From assembly GCA_963677435.1 (NCBI GenBank), contig OY781945.1, positions 928,001 through 992,000 on the forward strand: 64,000 nucleotides of DNA, given 5' to 3'. Positions 49,274 to 57,208 of the stretch are shown here, one piece after another. Origin of the DNA: an uncultured Aliarcobacter sp. Lineage in GTDB: Bacteria; Campylobacterota; Campylobacteria; Campylobacterales; Arcobacteraceae. The notes beneath the pieces were generated by a model. The model was not told the DNA's origin. It saw only the letters and a program-made list of their open reading frames with translations, and did no database searches. The translations under genes and the position numbers were made by a program. Position 1 is the stretch's first letter. Every line of letters starts with the position of its first letter.

Positions 49274-49723
49274 ATGTTAAATGAAAATACTAATGAAGAA
49301 ATTATTGACGAACTAAAAAAGATTGTTAAACAAAAAGGATTAAAATATACAGAACAAAGAGAAATTGTTCTTAGTATTTTATTACAAGCAAAAGAACATT
49401 TAACTGCAGAAGAAGTATATAATGAAATTAAAAAGAAATATTCTGATTCAAATATTGGAATAGCAACTGTATACAGAGCTCTTAGTTTTTTAGAAGAAGT
49501 TGATTTAATAACTTCAATTACTTTTGGAACTGATGGTAAAAAATATGAAACTAATTCAAAATCTCACCATGATCATTTAATTTGTACAAGTTGTGGAAAA
49601 ATTATTGAATTTATGGATGATGAAATAGAAAAAAGACAAGATAAAATCGCGAAAAAAAATAAATTTAAAATTTCAAGTCACTCAATGCAGTTATATGGAG
49701 TTTGTGAAGCTTGTCAGGAATAA
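49274..49723 (+). CDS. fur: Ferric uptake regulator (Fur family)
   Basis: GLKYTEQR, IGIATVYR, HHDHLICTSCG and C-terminal CEAC; sits among iron genes. Confidence 0.9.
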   Translation: MLNENTNEEIIDELKKIVKQKGLKYTEQREIVLSILLQAKEHLTAEEVYNEIKKKYSDSNIGIATVYRALSFLEEVDLITSITFGTDGKKYETNSKSHHDHLICTSCGKIIEFMDDEIEKRQDKIAKKNKFKISSHSMQLYGVCEACQE

Positions 49724-49748
49724 AGATTAAGAGAAAATCTCTTAATCT
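49724..49748. terminator. Hairpin between convergent fur and fldA
   Basis: AGATTAAGAGA-AAA-TCTCTTAATCT perfect inverted repeat. Confidence 0.65.
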
Positions 49749-49758
49749 ATTTGTATAT

Positions 49759-50256
49759 TTATAAAATTTCTTCTCTTATTGCGTTTGCCCAATCTTTGAT
49801 TCTTTTATCTGTTAAATCACTTTGATTATCTTCATCTAATGCTAATCCAACAAATTGATTGTTTAATTGAGCTTTTGATGCATCATGATAATATCCTTCA
49901 CTTGAAGTAAATCCAATTATTTTTGCTTTTGAATTTGCAACTTGTTCATAAATTATTCCCATTGCACTACAAAACTCATCACTATAACTTTCTTGATCTC
50001 CAAGACCAAATAGTGCAATTGTTTTATTTGATAAATCTATTTTTGAGAAATCTCCCCAAACATCTTCCCAATCATCATTTAACTCTCCATCTCCCCAAGT
50101 TGAACCACCAAGAATTAATTTGTCGTATTCATTCATTTTATCAATTTTTGTACCTGCTAAATCAAATACTTCTATTTTGTTTAATTCCATTGAAATTTTA
50201 TTTGCTATTTCTTCTGAATTTCCTGTACTACTTGCAAAAAATATCGCTGTTGCCAT
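49759..50256 (-). CDS. fldA: Long-chain flavodoxin
   Basis: FASSTGNSE, STWGDGE, FGLGDQESY and FVGLALDEDNQ motifs. Confidence 0.93.
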   Translation of the reverse strand: MATAIFFASSTGNSEEIANKISMELNKIEVFDLAGTKIDKMNEYDKLILGGSTWGDGELNDDWEDVWGDFSKIDLSNKTIALFGLGDQESYSDEFCSAMGIIYEQVANSKAKIIGFTSSEGYYHDASKAQLNNQFVGLALDEDNQSDLTDKRIKDWANAIREEIL

Positions 50257-50274
50257 TTTATTTATTTTCCTTTT

Positions 50275-51036
50275 TTAATTTTTTATTATTGATCGTAAAG
50301 AGTAAGGGATTGCTTTAATTTGATACTCTTTATTTTTTAATTCATCTACAAAAACAGGAATCTGTTTTGTAAACTCATTATTTTTTGGATAAGCTAAATA
50401 TATTTGATAATATTCACCTTTTTTAATTGACTTAATTGCATCTTCAAGTTCATCTTTAATATTTGGTTTTTTTACCTCAATATCTTTCCAAGAAGTATAT
50501 ATTTTTAATCCTACAAAATCTTGTGATTTTATACATATTGAATCACCTAAATCAATTACAGTTTTATCACTGTGAAGTTTTTTTATTTTTTTCAAAACAA
50601 ATTCATGGAATAGTAAATGTTTATCAATAAATAGTTGCATTTTGTTATTTATAAAACAAAGTGAAATAATTTTTGCAACTGGAAGTAAGTTTTTATTTGA
50701 AATAACAATAGAATGTTTTGTATTTCTATTTAGATAATTATTAATTATTTTTGTTGAATTAATACATAATTTAAAACTTTTAATACCTTTTCTTTTATCT
50801 ATTTTAATAAAACTTAAAGGCATCAATTCCTTTATTTTATAGGCAAATGCTTCTTTTAGATTTACTTTAGATAATTTGATTTGTTCATGTTTTGTGAAAT
50901 GACATGTTGATTTCAAAATATTATTACTTAAGTTTAAAAATAATTGTCTTAGCCTAATTATTGAATTGAATTCATCAAAATCTTTAGGTAAATATTCTTT
51001 GTTTTCATCAAAACCTATAAAATTATTATTTAGCAT
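50275..51036 (-). CDS. Hypothetical protein, McrC-like, probably nuclease-inactive
   Basis: ATG 51036 with GGAG SD; LFIDKHLLFHEFV, YTSWK and YQIYLAYPK resemble McrC blocks. Confidence 0.7.
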   Translation of the reverse strand: MLNNNFIGFDENKEYLPKDFDEFNSIIRLRQLFLNLSNNILKSTCHFTKHEQIKLSKVNLKEAFAYKIKELMPLSFIKIDKRKGIKSFKLCINSTKIINNYLNRNTKHSIVISNKNLLPVAKIISLCFINNKMQLFIDKHLLFHEFVLKKIKKLHSDKTVIDLGDSICIKSQDFVGLKIYTSWKDIEVKKPNIKDELEDAIKSIKKGEYYQIYLAYPKNNEFTKQIPVFVDELKNKEYQIKAIPYSLRSIIKN

Positions 51037-51364
51037 CTGAAACTCCTGCACAATTTGCATAACAACTTGAACAATCTTTTATGCCCATAATTTTTACATA
51101 CTCTTCATATACACAAGAGATAGATCTTTTTGTACATATAAATGGTATATTTTTTTTCTTTGCTTCATTTTTATATTTAAGCATTGTGTTATGATTCAAA
51201 AATGATGTAATCATTACAATGCAATCAGTATCTTGCGGAACTTTTTTCTTTGGTGCAGAAGATTTTTTTCTTGCATCCCAATGATTTATAGTTGTTGCAC
51301 CTAAATCTTCTAACATAGTAGAGATTTGCGAAATTTGATCACCACCAATAATTAGTACACTCAT
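51026..51364 (-). CDS. DUF2325 family protein with Cys-rich tail
   Basis: MSVLIIGGD, DCIVMITSFLNHN, K.EAKK.NIPFI and tail CSSCYANC. Confidence 0.8.
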   Translation of the reverse strand: MSVLIIGGDQISQISTMLEDLGATTINHWDARKKSSAPKKKVPQDTDCIVMITSFLNHNTMLKYKNEAKKKNIPFICTKRSISCVYEEYVKIMGIKDCSSCYANCAGVSDAK

Positions 51365-51376
51365 TTTAAATCCTTT

Positions 51377-51442
51377 TTAACAAGTACAACCAGTTGGTTT
51401 AACTAAGTCTTTCTTATTTTTTATATCAAAACAATTATTCAT
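51377..51442 (-). CDS. 21-aa Cys-containing peptide MNNCFDIKNKKDLVKPTGCTC (not in ORF track)
   Basis: SD AAAGGA 6 nt before ATG 51442; its stop abuts the SD of the DUF2325 gene. Confidence 0.55.
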   Translation of the reverse strand: MNNCFDIKNKKDLVKPTGCTC

Positions 51443-51458
51443 TTCAAATCCTTTATAT

Positions 51459-51473
51459 TGATAATCATTATTG
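51459..51473. promoter_or_regulatory. Fur box 1 upstream of the peptide-DUF2325-fldA operon
   Basis: TGATAAT-C-ATTATTG, 12/14 match to the 7-1-7 consensus. Confidence 0.75.
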
Positions 51474-51511
51474 AAATAATACACAAATGAATCTTAATTT
51501 AAAATTAATAT

Positions 51512-51526
51512 TAAGAATGATTATCA
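51512..51526. promoter_or_regulatory. Fur box 2 upstream of the same operon
   Basis: TAAGAAT-G-ATTATCA, 12/14 match. Confidence 0.7.
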
Positions 51527-51654
51527 AATATGAGATTTATTGAAAATATTTTGTGAAAAGTTATATAAAATAAATTAAAAAGGAAAAATATAAAAATAAG
51601 AGGGGATAGATTGTATTAATAAATGGGTATAACTAGGGAAATCCTAGTTAAATA

Positions 51655-52152
51655 TTAAACTTCAACTTTTTTAAGTTCTCTAATAATTGAAGCAATGTCT
51701 TCTGAGTATTTTTTTGCAGCTTCTGAGTTGTATTTCCAACCACCATTATAACTGCTCCAAACTTTTGCCCAATTGTTATTATGAACTTTTTTCCAAAACA
51801 TAAGTTCATCTATTGCATTTTTTGTAGCAAATTGGAAATCTGAAATAAGTTTCATTGCTAAAATATTTCTATTCATTGAAGTATCTTTAGCATTTTCTCT
51901 ACTAATAACTGTTTTTATATTCGCTTGATATAAACCATAATCTTTTGTATCTACATTTACTAGGTATTTACCCAATCCAGATTCTTTAATTGCAATTGCC
52001 ATTAAAGAGTAACTTAAACCGTTTTTTTTACCATGTTCTTTTATTTCTTTTAGAGTATTAATCTGCTCTGGTGTAAGGTTATTTATGTCAAAATCTGATG
52101 CAAAAACATTAGATATAAATATCAGAGATATTAAAAATAATTTTAATCTCAT
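51655..52152 (-). CDS. Exported lysozyme-like / SLT-fold protein
   Basis: Signal peptide (VFA/SD), AIAIKES (catalytic Glu), DYGLYQ and SSYNGG, matching the three SLT motifs. Confidence 0.75.
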   Translation of the reverse strand: MRLKLFLISLIFISNVFASDFDINNLTPEQINTLKEIKEHGKKNGLSYSLMAIAIKESGLGKYLVNVDTKDYGLYQANIKTVISRENAKDTSMNRNILAMKLISDFQFATKNAIDELMFWKKVHNNNWAKVWSSYNGGWKYNSEAAKKYSEDIASIIRELKKVEV

Positions 52153-52189
52153 TGTCTTCTCCTTTGTTTTTTCTTAAATTAAGTTCGGG

Positions 52190-52223
52190 ATTATACTTTA
52201 AAATTGAATATTTGTCAAATATT
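52190..52223 (-). promoter_or_regulatory. Consensus sigma70 promoter of the SLT-like gene with a palindrome over the -35
   Basis: Minus-strand TTGACA (52218-52213), 17 bp, TATAAT (52195-52190); AATATTTG-T-CAAATATT at 52207-52223. Confidence 0.7.
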
Positions 52224-52316
52224 ACTATACTTTGCTTGTTTTTCGGGGATGGCTTAATATATTATTTAGCTTTTTATCAATATAATTCCAAAAAAATTTA
52301 ATGAGAATGAAACACA

Positions 52317-52526
52317 TTGGAAAAAAAAGAGTTTAAGAAAATTATCAAAGAAATAGGCTTCTCTTCTCAAGGTAAATTTGCAGAAGAAATAGGTGTAAAA
52401 GCGACAACTTTTACCACATATAAAGTGATTCCAACACATATTAGAAGAATTACAAAATTAGCTTTATTAGCTAAACAAAATGGAGTGAGTTTAGAAGAAA
52501 TAAGAAATTCACTAAAAATAGATTAG
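52317..52526 (+). CDS. Small XRE/Cro-like HTH protein
   Basis: EFKKIIKEIGFSSQGKFAEEIGV pattern; 69 aa; hairpin GATTAGAGA-AAAA-TCTCTAATC at its end. Confidence 0.65.
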   Translation: MEKKEFKKIIKEIGFSSQGKFAEEIGVKATTFTTYKVIPTHIRRITKLALLAKQNGVSLEEIRNSLKID

Positions 52527-52550
52527 AGAAAAATCTCTAATCAAAAACTT

Positions 52551-53270
52551 TTAATTACTTAAACCGATATTTATATATTCCCTAACTTTTTTTATCTCAT
52601 TTAAATCAAAAATATTTTCAATAATTTCTTTAGAATCATCTTTTTTTACAATTCCAAATGGATTTATAATTGCACTTCCTTTTGCCATGTCATCATCTGC
52701 ACTATTACAAGCTATTACAAAACATTGATTTACTAAAGCCAGAGATTTTGAGATAGTTTCATAATGGTCTTTTCTTTTTAATCCCCACATTGCAGGATTT
52801 AAAATAATATCAGCACCTTTTATTTTTCCCCAAAGTTCTGGAAATCTAAGTTCAAAACAAATTAGGGTTGCTATTTTTAAACCATTTATCTCAATTATTT
52901 TAATATCTTCGATATTTCCAGCAGAAAAATGTTCAAGTTCATTTCCTAAAGGGAAAAGTTTTACTTTTGATTGGGTATGAACAATTTGTTGATTATGAAA
53001 TATATGTAAAGTATTAAAGAATTTTTTATTCTCTTCTTTGATAAATGTTAAAGCAATTGTTTTATTTATACTTAATTCTTTTATCTCTTCTATTGCAATT
53101 AAAGAAAAATCAGCAGCTTCTTGCATTTTATCATAGGCAAATCCACTAAGAGCTAATTCAGGAGCTAAAATAAGAGAATCATTTTCACAAGAGTTTATAA
53201 GCTCTTTTACGTGAGTCAAATTATCTTGGAAATTTTGTGTTGTTTTAATTTGTAGTGCTATTAATTTCAT
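52551..53270 (-). CDS. Carbon-nitrogen hydrolase (nitrilase superfamily amidase)
   Basis: Glu-Lys-Cys triad: LAPEL, SKVKLF, LICFELRFPE. Confidence 0.9.
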   Translation of the reverse strand: MKLIALQIKTTQNFQDNLTHVKELINSCENDSLILAPELALSGFAYDKMQEAADFSLIAIEEIKELSINKTIALTFIKEENKKFFNTLHIFHNQQIVHTQSKVKLFPLGNELEHFSAGNIEDIKIIEINGLKIATLICFELRFPELWGKIKGADIILNPAMWGLKRKDHYETISKSLALVNQCFVIACNSADDDMAKGSAIINPFGIVKKDDSKEIIENIFDLNEIKKVREYINIGLSN

Positions 53271-54654
53271 CTATTACCTCAGTTATTAAATTTTCTACAG
53301 CCTTTTTGTAACTCATAGCAGTAGCAAAGCTTGTGGCTTCATATTTTGTCATTATTAAAGCATTTGTATTTGAAGCTCTAATTAGTGCCCAACCATACTC
53401 AAAATTGATTCTAAGGCCATCTATTTTTAAAATATCTTTGATTATTGGAAATCCTCTTTGTATTACAGTGAGTTTTTTTTCTATCTTTTCTATGATTAAA
53501 AACTTTTTATCTTCATTGACTTCAATTTCAATATTTGAACTTGTATAAACTTTTGGAAGTTTATCTAACTCTTCATCTAAGTTTATTCCTTTATATAAAA
53601 GCTCTAAAACTCTAAATGTGGCATATATTGCATCATCAAAACCGTAATATCTATCATTAAAAAAAATATGCCCAGAAACTTCGGCAGCTAAATCAGCATT
53701 TAACTCTTTTAGTTTTAATCGCAAGTTTGAATAACCGGTTTTATCCATAATTGTTTTTGAAGTTTGATTCATCTCATTAAAGATATTTTGTGAATATGTT
53801 ACTTCACCAATAATTACTGGATTTTTCATAGTTTTTGAAAAAAGTAGGGCTAACATATCACCTTTAATATTGTACTTTTGGGTTAATACAGCAATTCTAT
53901 CAGCATCTCCATCGTAGGCAAATCCTAAATTACAATCATCTTTTAGTAGAGTTTTTAAATCTTCAAGATTTTTTTCATTTGTCGGGTCTGGATGATGATT
54001 TGGAAACTCTCCATCTGGAAGTAGATGTAAACCTTGATAGTTTAGATTTAATTTATCTAAAATCTCACATAAAACTGTATTTGCAACACCATTTCCACAA
54101 TCAATAGCAAAAGGGATTTTAAAATCTTTTAGATGGGAAAATTGATTTACCATATAATCTATATATAAACTTTTTGCATCTGTTTTTATACAAGTAAAAT
54201 TATCTGGAATTTCTATAGTTTGATTTTCTAGGATTTTATAATATAAAGATAAAAGTTCATCTCCAAAAAATGGTTCATTATTTATAGTAATTTTAAAACC
54301 ATTATATTTTTTTGCATTGTGGCTTCCCGTTATCATAATAGAAGCACTTGGTTTTATCTTTTTATCATCTACTAAAAACTCTTGATAAGAAGCAAAATAG
54401 TTTACACCTGTTGCCACAAGTCCAATATCTAAAACTTTACACTGGGATAAATTTAATCCAGAAATTAAAGCTTCAAATAACATATTTGAGTGAGTTCTTA
54501 CATCATAACCTACAACAATATAAGGAATTTGTTGAATTTTTTCTTTTATATATAGACCTAAATAATATCCAATCAGTTTTGAATTTTCATAGGTCAACTC
54601 TTCATTTACGATACCTCGAATATCGTATTGTCTAAATATCGTTTTATTTATCAT
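53245..54654 (-). CDS. Phosphomannomutase/phosphoglucomutase family protein (divergent AlgC-like)
   Basis: FRQYDIRG, ITGSHN, FPNHHPDP, DGDADR, EVSGH and IRASNT motifs. Confidence 0.88.
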   Translation of the reverse strand: MINKTIFRQYDIRGIVNEELTYENSKLIGYYLGLYIKEKIQQIPYIVVGYDVRTHSNMLFEALISGLNLSQCKVLDIGLVATGVNYFASYQEFLVDDKKIKPSASIMITGSHNAKKYNGFKITINNEPFFGDELLSLYYKILENQTIEIPDNFTCIKTDAKSLYIDYMVNQFSHLKDFKIPFAIDCGNGVANTVLCEILDKLNLNYQGLHLLPDGEFPNHHPDPTNEKNLEDLKTLLKDDCNLGFAYDGDADRIAVLTQKYNIKGDMLALLFSKTMKNPVIIGEVTYSQNIFNEMNQTSKTIMDKTGYSNLRLKLKELNADLAAEVSGHIFFNDRYYGFDDAIYATFRVLELLYKGINLDEELDKLPKVYTSSNIEIEVNEDKKFLIIEKIEKKLTVIQRGFPIIKDILKIDGLRINFEYGWALIRASNTNALIMTKYEATSFATAMSYKKAVENLITEVIDEINSTTN

Positions 54655-55177
54655 TCTTCTCTAACTTTAATAAAAATTCTTTTTTTTCAATCCCACCATT
54701 ATAATTTTCAGTCATATTATCATTTGAAATAGCTCTATGTGAGGGAACAAGCAATGCTATCATATTTTGAGCAGTGGCGCTACTTACTTCTTTAATAGCT
54801 TTTTCTTCATTAATATTTTTTGCAATATCTTTATAATCGACACTCTTTCCATAAGGAATTTTGAGTAACTCTTTCCAGCATTTTACTTGAAAAGATGAAC
54901 CAACTAATTGTAAAGGGATTTCAAAAGTTGTTCTTTCTTTTTTAAAATACTCTTCTAATTGGATTTTTAAAATATCAAATATTTCACAATTACCTGGAAT
55001 TACATCTGCATCTAAGGTATTTTTTAAAACTTGGATTTTTGCTTCTATATTAAAAGGAGTAAAAAATGCCAAGGTTACAACTCCTTTTTTTGAAGTTGCA
55101 GCAAACATTTCACCAATTGGAGTTGAAAATGTGGTCGTTAAGATTATCTCTTTTGTTTGGGTTTTATATTCTCTCAT
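54644..55177 (-). CDS. Ogt/MGMT-like protein lacking the acceptor Cys (PSHR)
   Basis: STPIGEM, QLEEYF...F.IPL, FQ.KCW.EL.KIPYG and LVPSHRA. Confidence 0.85.
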   Translation of the reverse strand: MREYKTQTKEIILTTTFSTPIGEMFAATSKKGVVTLAFFTPFNIEAKIQVLKNTLDADVIPGNCEIFDILKIQLEEYFKKERTTFEIPLQLVGSSFQVKCWKELLKIPYGKSVDYKDIAKNINEEKAIKEVSSATAQNMIALLVPSHRAISNDNMTENYNGGIEKKEFLLKLEKNDK

Positions 55178-55218
55178 GGCGGAATTTTATCATAATCATT
55201 TATAAGATATAATTTCAA

Positions 55219-55899
55219 ATGATAAAAAAATTCTATAAAAATATAAAAATTTTGTATGTTGAAGATGATGAGATTGCAAGAGAAAATGGTATTGAGTATT
55301 TAGAAAACTTTTTTGAGCAAATCTATGAAGCAAGTGATGCAATTATTGCTTTGCAATTATACGAAAAACATAAACCTGATATTATAATTACTGATATTCA
55401 AATGCCTAAACTAAATGGTTTAGAGTTTGTAAAAAGAATTAGACAAAAAGATAAAAATACTCAAATTATAATAATCACAGCTTTTTGTGATAAAGATTAT
55501 TTATTAAAAGCAATTGAGTTAGGACTTGTAAAATATCTAGTAAAACCTGTAAAGGAAAAAGAGTTTGAAGAAGCTTTGTTTTTATGTATAGATAGTTTAG
55601 AAGATAATCAATCAAATATTGTAAAACTACAAGAAGATACATATTTTGATATGTTTAACAAAAACTTAGTAATAGAAAATGAAATTGTAAAGCTAAGAGC
55701 TAAAGAGCTTGTTTTTTTAGAGCTTTTAGTAAAAAATAGAAATAGATATGTAAGTTATGAAGAGATTGAAAACTATGTTTGGAATGATAGCGTTATGACT
55801 AAAGATGCTTTAAAAACATTAGTTAAAAATCTAAAAACAAAAATTCCAAAAAATCTTATCTTAAATCTTACAAATAGTGGTTATAAAATAGATGTCTGA
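55219..55899 (+). CDS. OmpR-family response regulator
   Basis: YVEDD, ITDIQMPKLNG, YLVKP and a winged-helix C-terminus. Confidence 0.93.
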   Translation: MIKKFYKNIKILYVEDDEIARENGIEYLENFFEQIYEASDAIIALQLYEKHKPDIIITDIQMPKLNGLEFVKRIRQKDKNTQIIIITAFCDKDYLLKAIELGLVKYLVKPVKEKEFEEALFLCIDSLEDNQSNIVKLQEDTYFDMFNKNLVIENEIVKLRAKELVFLELLVKNRNRYVSYEEIENYVWNDSVMTKDALKTLVKNLKTKIPKNLILNLTNSGYKIDV

Positions 55900-57208
55900 A
55901 ATTAATCTCATTCTTTTTTATGGTATCACTTTTGGTATATTAATAATGACAATAATATATACATTTATTAGATATGTATATTCAAAAGAGATTTTTTATA
56001 TTAGTTACTGTTTTATGCAAGTTTTTTCATTGGTTTATATAGTAACTTACAGTAAATTATTTAATATTCCTGTTTTAGTTCAAGAGTTGTCTTTAGTATT
56101 TGCAAGTCTTTGTGCTTTGATTTTTGCTATAAACTTTTATGAGGGAAGATTTTTTCCAAAAATTACTAATTACAAAGAGCTAGTGGTAAATACTTTACTT
56201 TTAAATGTTGTGATATTAACAGCTTTTTATCACTATATTTTATTTGAATATATTCCTTATACTATTATTTATGCAATTTTATTTATTTCGATTATTTTTA
56301 ATCTAAAAGAGGGATTTAAACCAACACTTATTTATGTTATTGGTTGGTCTGTTTTATGTATCTTATTATTTGTTTTTGATTTTAAAAACTTTTATATTCA
56401 AAGTGGATATTTTGATATTGTTCTTGTTATTTTTACCCTAGAAGCGATACTTTTTACAACTTCAATAGCTGCAAAATATAATGATTTAAAAAATAAAAAT
56501 AAAAGTTTTGAAAAGATGATTTTACAACAATCAAAATTTGTAAAATCAGGTGAAATGATCGCAAATATAACCCATCAATTTAGACAACCTTTAAATAATA
56601 TCTCATATATTTTAATGAATCTAAAAAAAAGATTTAATACTCAAAAATTGGATGTTGAGTATTTTGATAAAAAAGTTTTACAAGCAAATGAGCAGTTGCA
56701 ATTTTTATCAAAAACAATAGATGATTTTAAAGATTTTTATACACAAGATAAAGAGAAAGAGCTTTTTAGTGTAAAAGATGCAGTTCAAAATGCAACAACA
56801 ATATTAAGTGCTGATTTAAAAACTAATAATATTACTTTAGAATCAAAGTTTGAAGTTTATGAAGAGATTAAAATATTTGGAGTAAAAAGTGAACTTTCAC
56901 AAGTTTTAATAGCAATTATTTCAAACTCTATTGATGTTTTAAAAAACATAGAAAATCCTAAAATAAAAATTAATATATCAGCTAATCAAGCTGAGGTAAT
57001 AATCTCTTTAGAAGATAATGGTGGCGGAATAAAAAGTAAAAATTTAAAGAAGATATTTGAACCATATTTTACAACTAAAGAAGAGGGAACTGGAATTGGC
57101 TTGTATCTTTGTAAAATGATTATTGAAGAGAGTTTTGCTGGAAAGATTTTTGTAGAAAACAAAAAAGAGGGTGTTTTATTTTCCCTCTTTATTGAAAAAG
57201 CTCTTTAG
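55892..57208 (+). CDS. Multi-TM (7TM-DISM-like) sensor histidine kinase
   Basis: About seven N-terminal TM helices; H box ITHQFRQPL, DNGGG, FEPYFTTK and GTGIGL. Confidence 0.9.
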   Translation: MSEINLILFYGITFGILIMTIIYTFIRYVYSKEIFYISYCFMQVFSLVYIVTYSKLFNIPVLVQELSLVFASLCALIFAINFYEGRFFPKITNYKELVVNTLLLNVVILTAFYHYILFEYIPYTIIYAILFISIIFNLKEGFKPTLIYVIGWSVLCILLFVFDFKNFYIQSGYFDIVLVIFTLEAILFTTSIAAKYNDLKNKNKSFEKMILQQSKFVKSGEMIANITHQFRQPLNNISYILMNLKKRFNTQKLDVEYFDKKVLQANEQLQFLSKTIDDFKDFYTQDKEKELFSVKDAVQNATTILSADLKTNNITLESKFEVYEEIKIFGVKSELSQVLIAIISNSIDVLKNIENPKIKINISANQAEVIISLEDNGGGIKSKNLKKIFEPYFTTKEEGTGIGLYLCKMIIEESFAGKIFVENKKEGVLFSLFIEKAL

